Shown: one piece after another, positions 52,588-63,180 of the stretch
Layout of the letters: each line of letters opens with the position of its first letter
How positions within the stretch are numbered: position 1 is the first letter of the stretch
Origin: an uncultured delta proteobacterium
GTDB taxonomy: Bacteria; Desulfobacterota; Binatia; UBA9968
DNA: 64,000 bases
Direction of reading: 5' to 3'
NCBI GenBank assembly: GCA_963745835.1
Contig: CAVUZH010000003.1
Location: 1,312,001-1,376,000, forward strand
Made by a program: the position numbers and the translations under genes
Notes under the pieces: generated by a model
Told to the model about the DNA's origin: nothing
Databases searched by the model: none
The model's input: the letters and a program-made list of their open reading frames with translations, nothing else

Positions 52588-52752
52588 ATGAATCACACCG
52601 TCGCGTTTACGCTCCTGGTTATTTCGACAGTGATGTTAGCCGGGTGCGAGCTCGTCGGGGATATCTTTGAGGCGGGCGTATGGGTGGGAGTAATTTTGGT
52701 TATACTGATCGTTGGTTTGGTCGTCTGGCTTTTTGCCAGGGGCAGGACCTGA
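52588..52752 (+). CDS. Small membrane lipoprotein (54 aa; absent from the ORF track)
   Basis: GGAGG RBS; MNHTVAFTLLVISTVMLAGC-ELVGDIFEAGVWVGVILVILIVGLVVWLFARGRT; LAGC lipobox. Confidence 0.8.
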   Translation: MNHTVAFTLLVISTVMLAGCELVGDIFEAGVWVGVILVILIVGLVVWLFARGRT

Positions 52753-52891
52753 GAGTTGCCGAAACAGTTCAATGATTTAGTTAGGATTTTGAAACTAAGC
52801 TGCGGCGAAGTGGATACAGCAGCTCTTGACCGCTGTCGCTCGAAATTGAAGATGAATTTGAAGAAACGCCGCGAGGCACCACCGATGTCGG

Positions 52892-53320
52892 TTACTGCCC
52901 GGTTGCGAGCCCGATAACGTCCTCGATGATATCTAGGATCCGGTTAGTACGTCGATCGAGCAAGATCACATCACGCTCAATGATGACCCGCTCCCAGTAT
53001 TCAGGGATTGACGGCAACCGTGAATCTAAGGCAGAAGGCAGAGGCTCTAACCGTTTTTGGAGCCCGGGAGGCAGCTGCCCATTCTTTTCCAAATGCTTCT
53101 GCAGCCCTGGAGGTAATTTACCTCCGCGCTTTGCCAACCCCGGCGGTAAACCTTTCTTCGTTGTGTTCGCGCGACGATAGTACTCACTGATGATTCTGCG
53201 CTCCTCCGGGAGGAAGTGTTCCGGATGTCGCTTGTCCAGTGCAATCGCATATGTGGCCGAAAGCGCCGAAGGAAATATTAAAAGTATTATCACTATGCTT
53301 GTTTTGATCGGTGAGTTCAC
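52892..53320 (-). CDS. Secreted protein with LPPGL repeats (RcnB-like)
   Basis: Signal peptide, GLPPGLAKR/LPPGLQK x3, C-terminal beta-hairpin. Confidence 0.8.
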   Translation of the reverse strand: MNSPIKTSIVIILLIFPSALSATYAIALDKRHPEHFLPEERRIISEYYRRANTTKKGLPPGLAKRGGKLPPGLQKHLEKNGQLPPGLQKRLEPLPSALDSRLPSIPEYWERVIIERDVILLDRRTNRILDIIEDVIGLATGQ

Positions 53321-53751
53321 ATCGACTCCTCTCGTTGAGATAAGACCGTTATCGCTTTGACACTTGCCATGACCAGAACCGTTGATGGCCTTTCGCCGAG
53401 TTGCTGCTTCGCCAGCGCTAGCGAGATGAGGACGTTACCATGCCCCATCTTTCCGGTTGGTGGATTGATGATTGTTGTCTCGGTGGTCGGCGCTCCGGTT
53501 GGGTCGGTCGGCGCACTGCTCGTTAATGTAATCGGGGTGCCATTTCTTAGACCAATCATAACTGGAATGACCACCCAGAAAGGAGCTTAAATCTGAGCTG
53601 ATCTTATCCACGACTTTCGAACCACCCTGGCTGGAAGCGAGAGTATTCATCTTGGTCGCTTCCGCATTCAATGCTGTTGTTGCTTGGGCAACCCCACTCC
53701 GGACCAGCTGCCGAAGATGCTCGCCGCTACTAACAGAGCTGAAGTATTCAC
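53317..53751 (-). pseudogene. Fragmented secreted hypothetical protein
   Basis: GTG start with RBS; segments in three frames (GLRNGTPITLT..PPTGKMGHGNVLISLALAKQQL); truncated. Confidence 0.6.
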
Positions 53752-53776
53752 GGTCTCTCCTCCTTACCGAAACTTA

Positions 53777-54199
53777 TCAGACGCCTAGCACCCGTTCTGT
53801 TTGTATGATGATCTCAGTCGCGGTTGCGCGGTCCTTGAAGAAGATGCCCTGCTTGGCCACTGTGCGAATCCTGGTTGTTTTGGCGCTTACCATCTCGAGC
53901 TCGATTTCAATCTCACGGTCATTGCTCATCGCTTTGATCGCCTTGCCCTGCTCTGTTTTAGAAGTTGCTTGAATCTTTATTCCCATACGATCGAGGGCAG
54001 TGCGTGTAGCTCCTTCGACCTGTGATATCGGAGCGGTGAATGTCCGGTAAGCAATTCCATCCAACGTGTAAGAGACTGAAGTACCGGCAGCGACGCCCGC
54101 GCCGACGCCGAAGAGCGTCATTCCTACGGCCGCGCAACCACTCAATGAAAAGAGAGAAAATAGCCCCAGAAAAAGTATTCGCAGTTTTTGATGCTCCAT
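53777..54199 (-). CDS. DUF3568-like lipoprotein
   Basis: LSGC lipobox, GAGVAAG, DRATATEII. Confidence 0.75.
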   Translation of the reverse strand: MEHQKLRILFLGLFSLFSLSGCAAVGMTLFGVGAGVAAGTSVSYTLDGIAYRTFTAPISQVEGATRTALDRMGIKIQATSKTEQGKAIKAMSNDREIEIELEMVSAKTTRIRTVAKQGIFFKDRATATEIIIQTERVLGV

Positions 54200-54214
54200 G
54201 CGGTAACACCAAAG

Positions 54215-54229
54215 GCAATATATACGCCA
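54215..54229 (-). promoter_or_regulatory. sigma54 promoter candidate
   Basis: TGGCGTATATATTGC (GG-N10-GC) on the minus strand. Confidence 0.55.
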
Positions 54230-54439
54230 CTGGAAAGAACCGGCGGCAATTGCCTCCAACGGAACTTCTTAACCAGGGAAGGACAAGAGCAGAAAAGTCG
54301 GGGCAAGCAAAATTGTGATCGGCTCGGTAAATTTCTACATGATCCTACTCGGTGATGCTGGTCGATCTTCGAAGCATAAATCGTTTGAAGCGTAATTGAT
54401 TGTTGTCGTGGCCCTCTTAGCCCCGCTGTTCTCGGCGGG

Positions 54440-55462
54440 TCATTTGAGCAAGTCGCGCAGTCGATTGATCGTCGTCGCATCGGCTTTGAAGAAGCCATTA
54501 ACAATCTTCTCCAGTTCCTCGCCCGGAACCGGATCGAGCTCGAAATTCCCTTTCTTGGCCTCGGCAATAAATTCCGAATCTTTCAACGTCGCCTGAAAAC
54601 CTTGTCGGAAGAGTTGCACGCGATCCTTCGGTGTACCAGGGGGGAAGGTATAGAGATAGGTGATGGCTCCGACGTCATGCAGCGCCAATTCGATCAGCTT
54701 CCGGCTCGCGTCGGTCTTGGCCAAACTGATGGCGGTTGGGACGTCAGGTAATTCAGGATGGGCTACAGCTGTGTTTTGCAAAACAACTTTTATCTCCCCG
54801 GATTCCAAATGCTTGCGCCAGGTTACTTTGGTCGATGCCCACGCCAGACCGCAAATACCCGACACCTCACCAGCGTCAACCGCCAAACGAATCTCAGCTG
54901 TTCCTTTGTAGCCTGAGACAAGCTGCATAGGCAGCCCAAGCGCTTCTTTCAACACCGCTGCGTTATCGTATGGCGTCGAACCCGGCGGCGTCGCGCCCAT
55001 CTTTACCGGTGTCGGTGAGCTTAACCACTTTTTAGCGCTATCGATGCCGCTGGCCCGAGTCATCACGCAGGTGTCATGATTCTTAACCGGCGCGCCGACA
55101 TACTCGAACTTGCGCGCGTCAAACTCGATGCCCTTCTTTCCTATGACTTGATGTAAAACCAGCGTGCCGATCCAATTGCCCAAAGTTAGCCCGTCAGGCT
55201 TGGCCTGCTTATACACATAATTGGTGCCAATCATGAAAGCTGCGCCCGGCATGTTTTCCACCACGAAGGTTGGATTGCCTGGAATATGTTTGCCCATGTG
55301 ACGAGCGAGCATGCGAGAGTAGGCATCGAATCCGCCACCCGGCGTGGTCGCTACGACCAGGCGAATTGTTTTGCCGCTGTAGAAATCTTCCGCCGCCGCG
55401 GTGGAACAAAATGCCAGGCACACTAATAACGCCCACCACGTGCCGCGATAAGACTTTTTCAT
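54440..55462 (-). CDS. Bug/TctC substrate-binding protein
   Basis: FYSGKTI, GGGFD, HIPGNP, GYKGT; GGAGG RBS. Confidence 0.9.
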   Translation of the reverse strand: MKKSYRGTWWALLVCLAFCSTAAAEDFYSGKTIRLVVATTPGGGFDAYSRMLARHMGKHIPGNPTFVVENMPGAAFMIGTNYVYKQAKPDGLTLGNWIGTLVLHQVIGKKGIEFDARKFEYVGAPVKNHDTCVMTRASGIDSAKKWLSSPTPVKMGATPPGSTPYDNAAVLKEALGLPMQLVSGYKGTAEIRLAVDAGEVSGICGLAWASTKVTWRKHLESGEIKVVLQNTAVAHPELPDVPTAISLAKTDASRKLIELALHDVGAITYLYTFPPGTPKDRVQLFRQGFQATLKDSEFIAEAKKGNFELDPVPGEELEKIVNGFFKADATTINRLRDLLK

Positions 55463-55564
55463 AGATACCTCCGTGTAGATCGGTTGATCAAAGGAATCTT
55501 TATCAAATGATCGTCTCAGCACCAAGGAAATACTTACGAGAACTAGGCCCGAATCACCGCACGG

Positions 55565-55579
55565 GCAGTAGCAATGCCA
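55565..55579 (-). promoter_or_regulatory. sigma54 promoter candidate
   Basis: TGGCATTGCTACTGC (GG-N10-GC). Confidence 0.45.
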
Positions 55580-55933
55580 CCGGTCGAGGATTAACGAACT
55601 AACCCTTAGTCCAGCGTGCAACTCAGCATGAAGGCAAGCTGCATAACGGCACGCGTAAGGTTGAAGGCCAGTAATGAGTCGATGTTAAGTATGTTCCGCC
55701 GAAGCGTCCTTTGAATCTCTGCTCTGTTCTTCTCCCGCCCGTTGTTGCTTTTTAACTCTAACATGATTTGCCGAACACGCTGGAGTATTTCGGCCAATCG
55801 GCTTGACGCTTGTCATCCCTTGGACCTATGGTATCTCACGAAGGAACTAGGCTAGATTTTTTCGGATGACAGCAAAGTCATTCGCAGAGGTCAAGAAAAG
55901 ACCTTCGTACAATTTCGATTGGAGGCTAAATCT

Positions 55934-56302
55934 ATGTCGCGCATTCGCCATATCGCGATTACCACCAAGGACGTCGCTCGTCTCGTCAAGTTTTATACGA
56001 CGGTCTTTGGCCTGAAAGTTGTGCCGGGCCGTGGAACCGGAACCTACCTTTCAGACGGTCACGTCAATCTGGCGATTTTGCCGCTGGAGCCTGAGCGCGA
56101 GACCGAAGGGCCGTATCTTAAGGAAGGTTTTTACCATTTTGGCTTCCAGGTGGATGACGTGGACGCACTGCGACCGATCAGCGAGCAGATGGGCGCTACT
56201 TCCAAGATTGAGAAAAGGCCGGAGAACCGGGAGGTCGAGGCGCGTCTCTATGATCCCGACGGCAATCCTGTCGATCTTTCGAAACGCGGATGGCCGATTT
56301 AA
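55934..56302 (+). CDS. VOC family protein
   Basis: IRHIAI, YLSDGHVNLAIL, YHFGFQVDD, DPDGNPVDLS. Confidence 0.9.
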   Translation: MSRIRHIAITTKDVARLVKFYTTVFGLKVVPGRGTGTYLSDGHVNLAILPLEPERETEGPYLKEGFYHFGFQVDDVDALRPISEQMGATSKIEKRPENREVEARLYDPDGNPVDLSKRGWPI

Positions 56303-56397
56303 GGTATTCGTAGCTCAGACAGCCTATTGGAATAACTGTTTTGCGTCCCCAACACGATCGATGCCAATTAAGTGATGCGAGACTGTTCAGGAGGCTC

Positions 56398-57423
56398 ATG
56401 ATGAGTTTTAAAACCGCTTTAGTGTTTGCTGCCATTTTAGTTCTGACAGCTAGTAAGAACGAGCTTTTCGGCGCGCAATCCGCATTTGAAGGGAAAGCAA
56501 TCCGGATCGTCGTCGGTTTTTCGGCCGGTGGGGGCTTCGATACCTATTCCCGAGCCATCGCCCGCCACATGGGGAAACATATTCCCGGCAATCCATCCAT
56601 GGTCGTGGAGAACATGACAGGGGCAGGAAGTATCGTTGCAGCAAACCATGTCTACAAAGTGGCAAAACCTGATGGGCTGACGATCGGCAACTTTCACGGT
56701 TTCCAGATTTTGAACCAGGTCTTGGGCGCGCCGGGAATCGAGTTTGATGCACGCAAGCTCGAGTGGCTTGGAGTACCTGTGCAAGATACCGGTGCCTGCG
56801 CTTTGACCAAGGCCAGCGGTATTGGCAGCATCGAGCAATGGCAGGCGGCAAAGCAGCCAGTCAAGCTCGGCGGTGTAGGACCAGGAGACGCCTCCTACGG
56901 CATGGCGAGAGTTCTCAAAGAGGTGCTGGGTTTGCCGGTTCAACCAATCCCAGGTTACAAGGGAACAGCCGATATTCGGCTTGCGGCTGAGAGCGGCGAG
57001 ATTGCAGGCGGCTGTTGGCAATGGGAATCGATTAAAGTGATCTGGCGCAAGGGCCTCGAAACCGGCGATGCTAATCTTGTGCTTCAACTCGTTGCTAGAC
57101 CACATCCCGAGCTTCCCAAAGTACCTCTGGCTGTCAACCTCGCCAAGACTGACGAGGCCCGGACCTTGTTGCAGGCGGCGGTTCACGACCCGAATTCCAT
57201 AACCAGGCCGTACTCGTTGCCGCCGGGTACACCGAAGGATCGGGTGAAAATATTGCAAAAGGCATTTATGGACACTATGAAGGATCCGGAGTTTCTGGCC
57301 GATGCAAAGAAATCCCAACTGGACCTCGAGCCGGTATCGCCGGAAGAAGTGGAAAAAACTGTCGCAAGGTTCTTCAAGCTGGATCCGACTTTGATAGCCA
57401 AGCTACGCGAGATTCTCAAATGA
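56398..57423 (+). CDS. Bug/TctC substrate-binding protein
   Basis: FEGKAIRIVVG, GGGFD, HIPGNP, GYKGT. Confidence 0.9.
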   Translation: MMSFKTALVFAAILVLTASKNELFGAQSAFEGKAIRIVVGFSAGGGFDTYSRAIARHMGKHIPGNPSMVVENMTGAGSIVAANHVYKVAKPDGLTIGNFHGFQILNQVLGAPGIEFDARKLEWLGVPVQDTGACALTKASGIGSIEQWQAAKQPVKLGGVGPGDASYGMARVLKEVLGLPVQPIPGYKGTADIRLAAESGEIAGGCWQWESIKVIWRKGLETGDANLVLQLVARPHPELPKVPLAVNLAKTDEARTLLQAAVHDPNSITRPYSLPPGTPKDRVKILQKAFMDTMKDPEFLADAKKSQLDLEPVSPEEVEKTVARFFKLDPTLIAKLREILK

Positions 57424-57522
57424 TGACTATTCGGTCCGATTGGCTCTGTTGAGATCTGGTCGCAATGATCCTGAAGATACCGTGGGCAAACATTATTACT
57501 GATTGTCAGGCTTGGAGGAATT

Positions 57523-58377
57523 ATGCCATTCGCTAACGTACGCGGTGCCCATATCAATTATAAAGTTCTCGGTGGTCACGGACCGTGGGTAGCGCTCTCA
57601 CCGGGCGGACGCCGCGACATGAGCGCGATTGAACCGCTGGCCAAGCATGTAGCTGACCTAGGATTCCGTGTTCTCATCCTCGACCGGCGCAACTGCGGCG
57701 CCTCCGATGTAGTGATCGCTGGTGAGGACTCGGAGTATGAGATCTGGGCCGATGATTTTTACGAATTGCTATCGCAACTGGGCGCGCTTCCCGCCTTCAT
57801 CGGCGGCAGCTCTTCCGGTTGCCGCACTTCGCTTCTTTTTGCTTTGCGTCATCCCGACGCAGTTCGGGGTCTCTTGTTGTGGCGCGTAACCGGCGGCCGC
57901 TTCGCATGTGAACGTTTGGCCCAAGAATATTACGGCCAGTACATCAGCGCGGCGCAGGAGGGCGGAATGGCCGCGGTTTGTGAGATGGAACACTGGAAAG
58001 AGCGAATCGAAGCAAGGCCGGAAAACCGCAAGCGGCTAATGAACATGGAGTCTTCTCAATTCATCAGCGTCATGGCGCATTGGCGCGAGTACTTCGTCCG
58101 CGGCGCTGACCTGCCGGTTATCGGCGCGAGCGAGGCAGAGCTCAGATCAATTGAGGCGCCCGCCCTCGTAATCCCTGGTAATGACAACACACACTCTCAA
58201 AAGACCGGTGAGCTCTTGGGTCAAATCCTTCCTAAGGCCCAACTACATATTCTTTTCCCGAAGCATTATGACATGGACTTAAGCCCGCGAGAGGAATGGG
58301 ACGAGAAGGCGCCCGAAATGGCGAGGCTCTTCGCCGAATTTATGGCCCATAACCAGCAGGCAATCGCGGCAACCTGA
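57523..58377 (+). CDS. Alpha/beta hydrolase
   Basis: DRRNCGAS, GSSSG nucleophile elbow, PGND..H. Confidence 0.85.
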   Translation: MPFANVRGAHINYKVLGGHGPWVALSPGGRRDMSAIEPLAKHVADLGFRVLILDRRNCGASDVVIAGEDSEYEIWADDFYELLSQLGALPAFIGGSSSGCRTSLLFALRHPDAVRGLLLWRVTGGRFACERLAQEYYGQYISAAQEGGMAAVCEMEHWKERIEARPENRKRLMNMESSQFISVMAHWREYFVRGADLPVIGASEAELRSIEAPALVIPGNDNTHSQKTGELLGQILPKAQLHILFPKHYDMDLSPREEWDEKAPEMARLFAEFMAHNQQAIAAT

Positions 58378-59524
58378 TGCCAAGCATCTGAGTCTCGGAA
58401 ACCTTTTCACCTTGACTTGCAGTCGCTCTGCTCACCAGCCGAATGTTCCAGTCTAGATAGTCCTTTCGTTGAAGTGGAAGCGTCTCTCGCTCGCTTTTCA
58501 GTAGGCGACAAGATCTTATCCCAAGCCCCCGCTTCCGGGGCAAAAACTTCCGTTGGCGCATCATTCGCTCGGCGGAACGGTCAAGTTTACTCGCGTGCGG
58601 CCGGAAAAATTTAATCATTCCGAAACTTACGACAACGGTGTGAACCGTCCGCGATTCGGCACAGTCTGCAGGAAAACGGTGCCGTGCCTAAGAAAGTACG
58701 TCTACTATTCGCGGGTTTACCTCGAAGAGATCTCGAAGAACTGTGAACCCAGGGAAACGTAACTAGCGAATGTAATGGTCCACCGCATTCGGAACGCAAC
58801 GGCGGGAGAATCTCAGAAATGGAGGCAAATGGTCAAAAGCAAATACCTTTTTACGGCGATTTTGTTCGAGACCGCAGGGGCTCTGAGATTGTCGGACAGC
58901 AGCAGTAGGACATCCACTGGGGCAAAGCACGACGGGGAAGGCCCAGGGGTACAGGTACGAAATCTACAGTGGCAGCACGAAAGCTGGACATCAACAAAGT
59001 CTCGGGGGGAACCAGCGACAGTGGTTCGGGTGCGCAAGTGCGTTCGGGTAGCGTGACCGGGTAAGGAAGCGGAAGCGGACCGGCTCGAAAAGCCAAGTGG
59101 TAGCGACAACTGAGAATCACGTAAAGCGCTTCTATCATCTTTATTCTGGTGTTTTCTCCGGTATACTGAATATGAGGCATGCGGGTTCAACGAATCGCCC
59201 GCCGAACTTTACCGGCTGTGGTGAGCCGGGCCATCCGGATTATCGCGAGCTTTACCGAAGCATGCCTGTTTCTGGCATAGAACCGACTTCCTTTATAGGG
59301 GGTAGAATTTACTGAGAGAACTTGTCCAAGAGAGCCGTTGCCAACTTAAGAGACCGGTCGATTGTGGTGTCCTGGCTTGCGAACTAAAACGAAGTGTAGA
59401 CTTGGCCTGAGGATTTGCTAATTTAAGAGAAGGCAGCTTTCCGGCGGCTCGGTCACCACGGCTCGCACCGACATTTCGAGTTCCACGATCGAACATCGAA
59501 AGTTTTCGGCTGCACAGGAGAGAC

Positions 59525-60193
59525 ATGGAACGTCTCGAAGACTACCAGAACTGCACTATCCTATACGTTGATGACGAGGAAAAATCGCTCGTCAACTTCA
59601 ATCGGGTCTTTCGCAAGAAGTTTAAGATATTGAGCGCCGCCAACGCGGCAGAAGGTTATCGACTGCTTGAAGAATATCGAGACGACATCGCGCTTCTGAT
59701 GAGTGATCAGCGAATGCCCGGAGAAAAAGGCGTCGAGTTTTTAAAACGCGCTCGTGAAGTGCATCCGAACGCAGTCCGTATTCTGACTACGGCGTACTCG
59801 GATTTCGATGTGGCGATTGAGGCTATGAATTCCGGCGCCGTTTCCAAATTGGTTACCAAGCCCTGGGATATACCTCAACTGGAGATGATCATTAAAGAAG
59901 CCTGTGATTTCTTTACGGCGCAACGCGAGGGCGAGTTTCTGCCTGGTACGGACCTCTCTGCAGCACAACTCAAACCGACGAGTCACGAGCGGGGGACTGA
60001 GATAGGTGAGCTACGAACGCTGGAGCAAGTGGCTCGCTACTTAAATGTGGACAAGTTTACTGTCTACCGTCTGATAACCCAGAAAAAAATACCGGCCTTC
60101 AAAGTAGGCAATCAGTGGCGTTTCAAACAGGAGATGGTAGATGCCTGGCTGGTGGCAAAGGCAAATATCAAAAAGGCCAAATCAGATTACTAA
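59525..60193 (+). CDS. Response regulator (REC) fused to an excisionase-type HTH
   Basis: YVDDE, SDQRMPG, TKPW; C-terminal TLEQVARYL..IPAFKVGNQWRF. Confidence 0.88.
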   Translation: MERLEDYQNCTILYVDDEEKSLVNFNRVFRKKFKILSAANAAEGYRLLEEYRDDIALLMSDQRMPGEKGVEFLKRAREVHPNAVRILTTAYSDFDVAIEAMNSGAVSKLVTKPWDIPQLEMIIKEACDFFTAQREGEFLPGTDLSAAQLKPTSHERGTEIGELRTLEQVARYLNVDKFTVYRLITQKKIPAFKVGNQWRFKQEMVDAWLVAKANIKKAKSDY

Positions 60194-60636
60194 GCATCGA
60201 GTTCGCTCGTAAGTCCCTGTGCCAGTTAATCCGCGGCGCTGTTCCTGCCCAGCAGTTTCAATACACCAGGGCGGCGATTCACAATCTTCTTCCCCTTGAC
60301 AATCTCGTTTGGGTCATTCTCCCCTTCCGCTCGTGCTATTGGGCATTGTTATCGTGGGCCGATGTTCGGTTGTAAATTAGTTCGTGTGTCATCGCCAAAT
60401 CCTCTTAGCGCCGTAACCGCACCTTCAAAATTATAGAAGCGCAGCCGGTGCTGAAGCTTCCGGCGCGCCCATGCGATTCACACTCAGGATAGGAGACACG
60501 CAAGTACACGGCTAGACATAAAATGACACTTTTGTTCATCGCTGGTCGCCCAGCATAATATTCTGGGCCCATTAACGCGTCTCTTTTCGGGATTTTTCCT
60601 TGGTATACTGCTTGCTCACGTCGGCTCCTTAAGTCC

Positions 60637-62766
60637 ATGTCTCAACAATTTGCCGAAAAAATTGGCGAGCTGCTCACTCAGGAAGGCCTACTCACTGCGG
60701 AACAACTTGCCAAAAGTATTGCCGTTCAGAAACAGCAAGATTCCGCAGAGCCGATCGGCAAAGTGTGCGTTTCGCTCGGGTTTGTCGCGCCCACCGATTT
60801 AGAAAAATTATTGGTGAAACATCGCCGGCGAATTCCGCTCGGCGAACTTTTGGTTCATCTCGGACTGCTCACGCCGAGCCAAGTACAAAACGCTCTCGAT
60901 CAGCAGAAAAAATTGAACCCGCATAAAAAGCTCGGCGCGGTACTCATTGAGAAGGGATACATCGATGAGGCTGCGCTGATTCGCGCCCTTTACGAACAGT
61001 CTCAGGCCGGCAACTGTCAGAAATCTAAGCAAGGTAAGTTTGATGCGCTGGTGGCGACGCGGCGTTTGAGCCAGCGGGATCTAGACTTGGCGCTCCGGGA
61101 AGCGCAGATTCAGCAGCGTCCCGTCGAAATTCTTTTGATGGAACGCTACAAGCTCAAGAAACAAGAACTGGGTGCTGCTCTCAGCGTATTCTATGGCTGT
61201 CCATTCAAAGAGTACGATGAAAAACAGCCGCCGGCCTGGGATTCCATACGCGGCCTCAATTTGAATTATCTGAAGGCCGCTTCTTGGATTCCTTTGCAGG
61301 TCAGCGAACGCTCCGTGGAGGTGCTTATCGATGACCCCACAGCTTATGAAAAAATCCAGGATATCAAGCGTCTGTTTTTAGGAAAACAGATCACGTTTGC
61401 CGTCGGCTTGCGCGATGACATCCTGAGATATTTCAGCACCGCCAAGGCCAATCTCGAGAAAAGCCACTCTCATGAATCGATCACGACCATACTAGGGCAG
61501 CTCGATGTCGCCGCACAGGACGAGGCAGACGACGATAGTTTGAACGACCCCGCCATCAATGAAAATCACAGCGTCATCGTCAGGCTGGTGAACCAAATCA
61601 TTACCGACGCCTGCAAAAAGAGGGTTTCGGATATTCATATCGAGCCTTACGGAAGCCAAAACGACACCGAGGTCCGCTTCCGTGTTGATGGACATTGCTC
61701 CAATTATCTGCGGGTTCCGGCGGTGTATCGCAGACCCCTCGTATCCCGACTAAAGATTATGGCCGGCCTCGATATCGCGGAACGCCGCAAACCGCAAGAT
61801 GGCAAGATCAAGTTCCGCCTGCCCGATCGCGAAATCGAACTACGCGTGGCGACTATTCCAACGGCAGGCATCGGCAATGAAGATATAGTTCTTCGGGTGC
61901 TCGCGGCCGGAGAGCCGATCCCGATAAACGAATTACGCATGACGTCGCGCAATTTACACAAATTTCGCGAGCTGTTGGCAAAACCTTACGGATTGATTTT
62001 GTGTGTCGGCCCAACCGGATCAGGAAAAACAACCACTCTTCATTCCGCCCTTAACGTGATCAATACGGCGGAGCGCAAAATCTGGACGGCAGAAGATCCG
62101 GTCGAAATAACCCAGCGCGGGCTGCGCCAGGTGCAGGTCAACGCCAAAATAGGATTTAATTTCGCTGCCGCGATGCGCTCGTTTCTCCGCGCCGATCCGG
62201 ATGTCATCATGGTGGGAGAGATTCGTGATCGGGAGACTGCCGAAATCGGTATTGAAGCTTCGCTTACCGGACATCTGGTATTGAGCACCCTTCATACCAA
62301 CAGCGCCGTCGAAACCATCACCCGACTCTTAGAAATGGGTATGGATCCGTTTAATTTTGCCGATGCATTGTTAGGAGTCTTGGCGCAACGGTTGGCGCGG
62401 ACGATCTGCGGCGGCTGTAAAGAACCCTATCACCCCGCAAAAGAAGAACTTGATGGATTAGCGTATGGGTATGGCGAAGCGGCTTTTGCTCAATTGGAAA
62501 TTCCCCAAAAAGAGAATCTCGTCCTATACCGCGGCAAAGGCTGTGCTGATTGTAATCAGAGCGGCTACAAAGGCCGGATCGGTTTGCACGAGCTCCTGGT
62601 TGTCAGTGACGAGATCAAGCGGCTGATTCACGCGCGTGCAACCGTAGCTGAGCTTTGGCAAGTCGCGGTTGCGCAAGGAATGACGACCTTGGTCCAGGAT
62701 GGCGTGCAAAAAGTTTTGGCGGGTTGGACCGACTATGGGCAAGTAAAAGCCGCCGCGACACGATAG
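60637..62766 (+). CDS. PilB/GspE-family assembly ATPase with repeated MshEN-like N-terminus
   Basis: GPTGSGKT, TAEDPVE, VGEIRD, GHLVLSTLHTN, CGGC/CADC; extended -10 TGGTATACT upstream. Confidence 0.92.
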   Translation: MSQQFAEKIGELLTQEGLLTAEQLAKSIAVQKQQDSAEPIGKVCVSLGFVAPTDLEKLLVKHRRRIPLGELLVHLGLLTPSQVQNALDQQKKLNPHKKLGAVLIEKGYIDEAALIRALYEQSQAGNCQKSKQGKFDALVATRRLSQRDLDLALREAQIQQRPVEILLMERYKLKKQELGAALSVFYGCPFKEYDEKQPPAWDSIRGLNLNYLKAASWIPLQVSERSVEVLIDDPTAYEKIQDIKRLFLGKQITFAVGLRDDILRYFSTAKANLEKSHSHESITTILGQLDVAAQDEADDDSLNDPAINENHSVIVRLVNQIITDACKKRVSDIHIEPYGSQNDTEVRFRVDGHCSNYLRVPAVYRRPLVSRLKIMAGLDIAERRKPQDGKIKFRLPDREIELRVATIPTAGIGNEDIVLRVLAAGEPIPINELRMTSRNLHKFRELLAKPYGLILCVGPTGSGKTTTLHSALNVINTAERKIWTAEDPVEITQRGLRQVQVNAKIGFNFAAAMRSFLRADPDVIMVGEIRDRETAEIGIEASLTGHLVLSTLHTNSAVETITRLLEMGMDPFNFADALLGVLAQRLARTICGGCKEPYHPAKEELDGLAYGYGEAAFAQLEIPQKENLVLYRGKGCADCNQSGYKGRIGLHELLVVSDEIKRLIHARATVAELWQVAVAQGMTTLVQDGVQKVLAGWTDYGQVKAAATR

Positions 62767-63122
62767 TGCACCACCACGCTGTTCAGATGTGCTCCTGCGA
62801 CTGATTTATCACTTACGTTAGGAATACTTCATGCGCCGTCCACGCCTGCCACGGCCAAGGGCTTATTATCATTGTATGGTCCCTGCAATGCGTTTCAGAT
62901 AAACGTGACACTTACTTAACCATCACTGACTCCTCTCGAGAGCCGAATCGGCTATCTCGTTCCAGAGATAATATGGCCGCGGTCGCCGTCCTCCTCGCCA
63001 AAATTATCCGCGACTCACTGTTAAGCTGAGTTGGTTTTCATTTACTCTTTCTACCGTAGGTCGCAATCCGATACTGTCCAGCTGATCTCGAACGCCACGG
63101 TTTGTCCTCTTTCCAATAACAA

Positions 63123-63157
63123 CGACAGCCGCTCCCCTTTGCGGGAGGCGGCTGTCG
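63123..63157 (-). terminator. GC-rich hairpin downstream of the PxKF-like remnant
   Basis: CGACAGCCGC-TCCC...GGGAG-GCGGCTGTCG. Confidence 0.6.
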
Positions 63158-63180
63158 GCGTCGTTAGGCCGGGAGCCTGG

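Noticed and set aside
59403-59419. sigma54 promoter TGGCCTGAGGATTTGC upstream of the REC-HTH gene
   Set aside because: GG-GC spacing is 11 nt, not the required 10.
58378-59524. 1.1-kb gap as a riboswitch, ncRNA or gene
   Set aside because: No recognisable RNA motif. At most a decayed Gly/Ser-rich small ORF near 58829-59100, which I cannot support.
63114-63169. Possible solitary attC on the minus strand (GCCTAAC...GTTATTG)
   Set aside because: R' does not match GTTRRRY and the L'-R' spacer is only 2 nt. A terminator hairpin fits better.
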